A stretch of DNA of 64,000 nucleotides, taken from NCBI RefSeq assembly GCF_018977255.1, contig NW_024704743.1, positions 33,296,001 through 33,360,000 on the forward strand, in the 5' to 3' direction. Position 1 is the stretch's first letter; the number at the start of each line of letters is the position of its first letter. Below are positions 57,601 through 64,000 of this stretch, piece by piece. This DNA comes from Callorhinchus milii. Taxonomy: Eukaryota. The notes under the pieces were generated by a model. The model ran no database searches. It saw only the letters and a list, made by a program, of their open reading frames with translations, and was not told the DNA's origin. Made by a program: the position numbers and the translations under genes.

Positions 57601-60600
57601 TTGTGGTAATTCACAAATATCGTCAATTACTTTAAACATTTTACATACACAGCAAAGAAATAAAACAAAGAGATAACTGTCTGGCTTGTTTTACTTAAGT
57701 CAACACTCCCTAATAATGAATTGTCTTGGCTAGTTTTTTAGTCATTGTGCACTAACACATGACTGCTGTGTTTGGTTTATTGTGGAAACATAGAATCATA
57801 GAATTATACAGCACAGAAGGAGGCCATTCGGCTCATCGTGTCTGTGCTGGCTCTTGGAAAAGAGCTATCCAAATCAATCCCACTCCCCTGCTCTCTCCCC
57901 ATAGCCCTGCAACTTGTCCTCCCCAAAATAATTATCTAATGATATCTAAAGAAATGGTTTAAAAAGGAGAAGTGGAAGTACTTGCAATGTAAAAACACTC
58001 TCTTTGTCTCAGAAAAAACATCTTCCCTTGCTGGAAAGTTTTATTTAAACAGAAAGCATATTCCAGTGGAAATTGGCAGCCAACTTAATGGTTTTTCCAC
58101 TTACTGTGCAGCCTCATTATAACACGTTTCTTTATAACACGTACTGGATTATAATGTGGCTTCACGAGGCATGCGACCAGCTCTCACGCTAAAATCGCCG
58201 ACCTCCGGGCGATTTGGTTGCTGCCGTCAGGCTCCCAGGAATTAATCTAAAAGTAACATCACAGTGCAAATAAAGTATTGCTGCAACAGCCACGTGCATT
58301 TATTTAGCACCTTTCACATCAGGATGATATCTCAAAATGCTTCACACTGCTGACTGGGAGAGTCTCTAGGAGTAACTCAAAGAGGTTAACAGTATACAGC
58401 GAATAAGAAGTGGGAAGACTTGAAGACAATAGTAGGTCATAAATAAACAGTAACATTGCAGCATGCATTACCATTTCCTGTTTTTGTTTGCTTCCACCAT
58501 TTACAGCAGCATCAGAGTCACTTGATTGAATTGTTGCCCCACTGCTCACCATCTATGATCCTCTGTATATATATTCTTCAAAAACGGCATTACATAAACA
58601 AACTTCATGAAGCTGAAAAGACAGACCATTACAGTTGGAAAAAAATATCTGTACAAAACAAATATATTCAAAATACAATCGTGTGATCGCATGTTATTAA
58701 TCCTAGCATTTGTTATAATGCCTTATCACACTGTTAAAATGTCTCACAGGAATTGCTGTGAAGTGTAGTGACTGCGAATTTACAGGTGAAAGCGGCAGCC
58801 AATTTGTGCACAGCAATTTCCTACAAACAGCCACAAAGTGAATGAATAGTTTTTTTCTCTCTGAGGTATTGTTGGCCAGGACACCAGGAGAAATTCCCTT
58901 CTCTCGTCAAATAATAATCCTTGCATTTGATATAGTGCTTTATCACGTCTTTGAGACATTGCCAGTCCTAAATGAACCACAGATTACAATATCACAAGAT
59001 TGGTTTGGATGAAGAAGGACTTTCGTCCCATTTGATTTCATCCTTCCACATCACCATCCCATCATAGGGTCAAGGTACTTTTTAAATGAGCCCAACATCT
59101 GGCCTCCGCCACCTTTCCTGGTAACCGGTTCCAGTCATTAATAATCCTCTGTGTGAAGAAATACTTCCTGGTGTCTGTCCTGAAATTGCCCTTTACAACC
59201 ATGAACTTGTATACACTTGTTCTGCTCTGGGAGCATCTGAAAGTATTGTTAAGAGTTTACTTTCTCAATCCCATTTAAAATCTACATGTAAGGTCCCCTC
59301 TGAGAAAGACTTATGCAATCGTTGCTCATTGCTCATTCCACATGCCTGATAATTAACCCTCAAGAAAAAAAGCAATAATAATAATAATAATAATCCTTGC
59401 ATTTAATATAGCGCTTTTCACATCTTCTCGATGTCTCATAATTTGGTCAAGACTATTTATGGGACACTCCTGTCGACGATTGGCTGCCACATTTCGCCCA
59501 CAAAATATACAGTCGATTCACTATACAGTATATTCTGTGAAGTACTTTGAGACTTCTCGAAGACATGAAGAGCATTATGTCAAATGCAAGGATTATTATT
59601 ATTATTATTCCTCTAAACACTGGGCATAATCCTCAGGTAGCTGCATGCCTTTTTATCGCATGGACACACTTCCTGACAGCCGACCTGTACTGAACCACAG
59701 GTGTGAAGAATAATGGAGAAAACATCACACTCCTTTCACTCTGTGACATTTTCCTTTCTGAACCAGTTTAGCCGAAATGAACATTGCGAAATTAAGCAGG
59801 AGGCAAACCAGGGGAAAGTATAACAGAAAGCATACCCTACCATCATCTTCTGACTAGATCTGGAGGAAAATTATGAATAATTACAGTTTACGTAAAATGA
59901 TTTAGCACACGGGGAGTTTGGAAAACTGCTTATTTGAAAGGCAATGTTTTCAGCTGATAGTTTCTGGTGTAGCAGATGCGTATCTTTTCTCATGTACCTT
60001 TCATTATTTTATATGTAAACTGGGATTTACATAAAGCACTCGTATCGTGAGGCACAACCGGCAATGAAATGACAGTATCAGGTGCTGATCATACCATCTG
60101 TGCATTGGGCACAGTGTCGAGGCTTGCCAGACAACACCTCTTTAACTTTTTGTTCATCGCAAGCAATTACTGCTTCAAAAAAGCACAGTAAATGTTATCA
60201 CAAGCTGCCAGCATCTTCCACAAGACACCCACAAACTTGCAGTGCAGCAGGTGCCTTACTGCTCCATGATATCCCTTCCAGCCTTCCTATTCTCCTCCTT
60301 TACTAGGCATCAGCCCCATTTTGAGATACAGTTTGACATGCACCCTGCCCACACTCCCTCACTTGAGGTGATCATTGTTCACATGTCCATTAGCAGTGAC
60401 CAGGACCAAGGCCCATGTCGGGTCATCCTCACACATGTGCAACCCCAATAAACCTTGGCGATTGGGATTCAATCATGACTTTTCTTTCAATGCAATGTCT
60501 TCTCGAATGTTCAAATAAAATATTTCAAATAATGCAATACAGCACACAATTTATATCCCCCCCACCACAATAATAATAGTACCCATTTCATGTAGCTCCT

Positions 60601-61274
60601 TTCAGCAAATTAATATAATTGGTGCACACCAATGTCCCACAAACAGCCATGGAGTGAATCACCAGTTTTATTTTGGGATTGTTGGCCAGGACACTGGGAA
60701 AAACTCCCTTTTAAAATAGTGCCATGAATCTTTAATGTCCACCTCAATAGGCAGGCAGGACCTCAGTTTAACATCTCATCCAATTGACGACCACTCAAGC
60801 ACTGTTTAGGAGTGTAAACCCAGATTATAGGAGTGAAAGGTTCCAATGTAGGTTTTGAACCACTCTGACCCATTGCAACATATCTCTTTTCTTACTACCT
60901 TGAAGCCAAATTGAGCCTATAGGAGCCTGGCAGGAAACTGGCATTGCAGGAAAATTCTAATAGGTTGGCATGAAACACATTCGATACTTGTTTTACTTCA
61001 CTCAGGGTATGGCCGATGCTGGCAGGACCAGTATTTACTGCCCATTCCTGGCAGCCCCGAGGAGGTGATGGTGGCACCTACTCCTTAAACCACTGCAGCC
61101 CTTATAGGGATTTCCAGGCTTGGATTCCTGCAACAATGAAGGAACAGTGGTGTATGCCCAAGTTCTCTTGAATACCACTCAGCCTGTTCTTTGGGCGTGA
61201 TCTGGTGTAACAAAACTAGGATTGAATAGTTTAGAATCCTTTTTACAAATCCCATGAATTGAACCCCAATGTGA

Positions 61275-62025
61275 CAATGCCGCCCATCACCCCATTCATT
61301 GCCAGGCTCCACTGGCTCCACTGGCTCTCCAAACAGGTCAACTTCAAGATCCTTACAGTCACATACAAATGCCATGCACCCTCCCACTTCACCACCTGCT
61401 GCCTTCACTGGGCTGGCTCCGGCCTCCTATTCATCCCTCGTCCCCTCCACTCCATCATCAGTGGCTATGCTTTCAGTCACAATGCCCCAAAGCTCTGGAA
61501 CTCTCTCCCCCAATCCCTCTCCCTTGCCCCCTCCCTCCTCACTTTCAAATCCCATCTGAACAGCTTACTTTTTGATCGTGCTAAAGGTCACCTCCCCCCT
61601 CTCGTTCTGCCTGGCTCGAGGTCAGACTCCGCCACTGTTAAGTGCTCTGGGACGTTACCCAGCGTGAAGGGGGCAATATAAATGCAAGTTGTTGTTGTAC
61701 CTCTCTGACCTGCTTATAACCCAGTCTTCTGCTTGCCCCTTTGCTCAGCTAACACAGGCCTGCTGTGTGTTCCTCGACCCCTTTGTGTCACCATTGGTGG
61801 CCATGACTTCAGCTCCCATGCCTCTAACCTCTGGAACTCCCTGCGTCAAATCCCTCCACTTTGCCTCTCTTTATCTATTGTTAACTTCGACCTTAAGACC
61901 TTTGACGGCACCAAAGGTCACCTCCCCCTTCTCTCTTACTCAGTGTCCAATCTCATCAATGTACAGCATTCTTAGACTCTATCCTATGTGAAGCAGGGTA
62001 TATAATTGTAGGTTGTTATTGTATT
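61275..62025 (+). mobile_element. Two tandem L2 3' fragments
   Basis: ITPFIARLHW...FKILTVTYK...APKLWNSLP, tail at ~61697, then a second LWNSL fragment with its own tail. Confidence 0.8.
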
Positions 62026-64000
62026 TTCTATTTCTGACATCTAAACTTCACCATTTGAACACCAACAAATCCAAGAGAACACACTGGTTACATCTGCCCT
62101 CCTCATCCCCCCATCATTAGACCGCTATGAAAGTAAAGAACTATCATTTTGTTGCTTTCAACCACAGATAGCAAACAGCCCCAAGACAAAAAAGCTTATA
62201 ATGGAAAATGCATGATATGGCTTTGGTCTCTAAAAGGACTTGGAGATTTGATGGCAACACTTGAAATAGTCCCAGTAAATTTAGATCTTGAATTCAGTTT
62301 GGTGTTTACGCCTATCAATAATAATAAGAAGAATCTTTGCATTGATGCAATGACTTATTACATTTAAAATGACTTAAACATTTCAAAGCGCTTCACAGGA
62401 TTAACTCTAAAGTGTGACTGTGACTGTGCATTTTGTAGGTGAACACAGCCGTCAATTTGCACACAACAAAACCCCACAAACAGCCATGAAGTAACTAGCC
62501 AATTTTATCTGGAGGATGTTGGCCAACACATTAAAATGGCAAAGCTGACATCAAATTTGACACGATTTACTCAGGAAGATTAGGATAGATATATGTACAA
62601 GACAAGGGTTCCAGTCCATTTAATAACTAGGGCATTGGATGTACACATTGCATTCTCTTTCCTCCCCTCCCATCGTTCTCAGTGGTGAAGTGAGTAAAGT
62701 AGCACCGAAATTCTCCAATTACACGCTTCCAACTCTGATTAGTGGGATACTGGCATTTTGAGTATTTTGTTGTTTGTTTACTAAACCGTATTTGGGGGAG
62801 GAAGGCATCTTAGATATGCACATCTGGATACATCCATTGCATTCAATATCAACAGTACTACAAACTTGATCCCAATGTGATATTGATGAATTCCATTAGA
62901 TTGTTAGATCACATTCCACATGTTATTTCCATTCTAAATCCCCTTTTAAAACAGCTTCACATTGTTCCCTGAACAGCTGGAAATTGAAGGAAGGATAACT
63001 GGAAAAGTTTTTTTATTGGAAGAATGATGCAATATAATTGGTTGCTGGAGCCAAGTTCTGAACGAATCCTCCAGTAATTAGTAGTTCTGTGTTTTTTTCC
63101 ACTCACAGAAAATCTCAGTCGAGTTTTGAAAAAGACAGTTTGGAAGCTCCCATTTCTTTGGAAAGCTGTCTGTCTTGGGAATTGGCATGTTCCGTTCACA
63201 CTGCTGATATATCATTAACGATAAGGTGAATAGTCCTGGATTACTCCGAGCAGCTTATTTTTCTGTGAAAAGCCAAGTCTTGCAAACATTTTAACACCTG
63301 CAGCGAAAGCCTGCCAGACACAATTATTGGAGCTTTTACTCCTTCACAATCAGACTTGTTGATCTCCTTCCTAACCAGTCCCAGACACTACTAATGAGGT
63401 CCTATTTGACTGATGAAATGCACAGCACTAGACTAAACTTAAAGTCAATAGCCATCCCAGGAGAGAAACAGGTTTTAGCATTTCAGCAACAGCTTGGGTT
63501 AATGACATGTCTGCGTATCCAAGGCTTAAAATGGAAAAGGGCTGAGTGAGCCCATCAAGATGCAATCCCTGCTCTGATGCTCAGTCACACAGGATGTGAT
63601 CCACTGGATAGCCATCAGGAGTGGGAACCAGTTTGATGACTCCAAATTGTAGCAGCCAACTGGTTGAGATGAGCCAACTCAGCACAGACTGAATTTGATG
63701 CTGTTTCACACCACAGAACTGCAGAACTTTTAGGCCATTGTGCCGTGCTGGCTCTTTGAAAGAGCAATCCATTCAGCCACATGTACCTGCCTTTATCCAA
63801 TAGCCCAGCAAATTCTTAAGTTGAATTTTAATCAACTGAGTTATGAGGGAATGCCTCATCTACTCATCTGTTTTGTTTGTTCTAGGAGGAAAAATTCAGC
63901 CTGTTCCTGCTGCCTAGCAGTGAAAACTTCCTATTGTTCCCTGATGGGCTCAAATTCCCTTTCACCATTTTGCATCCAGGATCCTACATTATACAAACAG

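Noticed and set aside
63886..64000. Exon after ttttgtttgttctAG
   Set aside because: The surrounding sequence looks like a decayed antisense CR1 end and is cut by the window edge.

Overview
Eukaryotic genomic DNA from a vertebrate. The repeat content (L2 LINEs with (TTG)n tails, tRNA-SINEs with (TAT)n tails, Deu-domain SINEs, CR1 and Penelope-like remnants) points to a cartilaginous fish, probably a holocephalan; that assignment is inferred. Positions 947-31043 (+) carry the last 16 coding exons of RIPOR2/FAM65B. I assembled them by hand into one open frame of 874 aa ending ...AVSTAF*, with one GC-AG intron and a probable cassette exon; the 5' exons lie upstream of the window. Directly downstream is an intact two-exon, 210-aa ARMH2 (C6orf229) orthologue (34564-37647, +), in the same order and orientation as in human, with a 23-bp minisatellite in its intron. 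From 38 kb to 64 kb the sequence is mostly transposon-rich and has no recognisable gene. It does contain a chain of exon-like segments on the - strand (one could encode a signal peptide) and a ~250-bp inverted duplication that spans a LINE/LINE junction. No prokaryotic-type system (CRISPR, retron, operon) is supported, and I found no convincing new biological system. Repeat boundaries are approximate and repeat family names come from recalled consensus sequences, not from a search.
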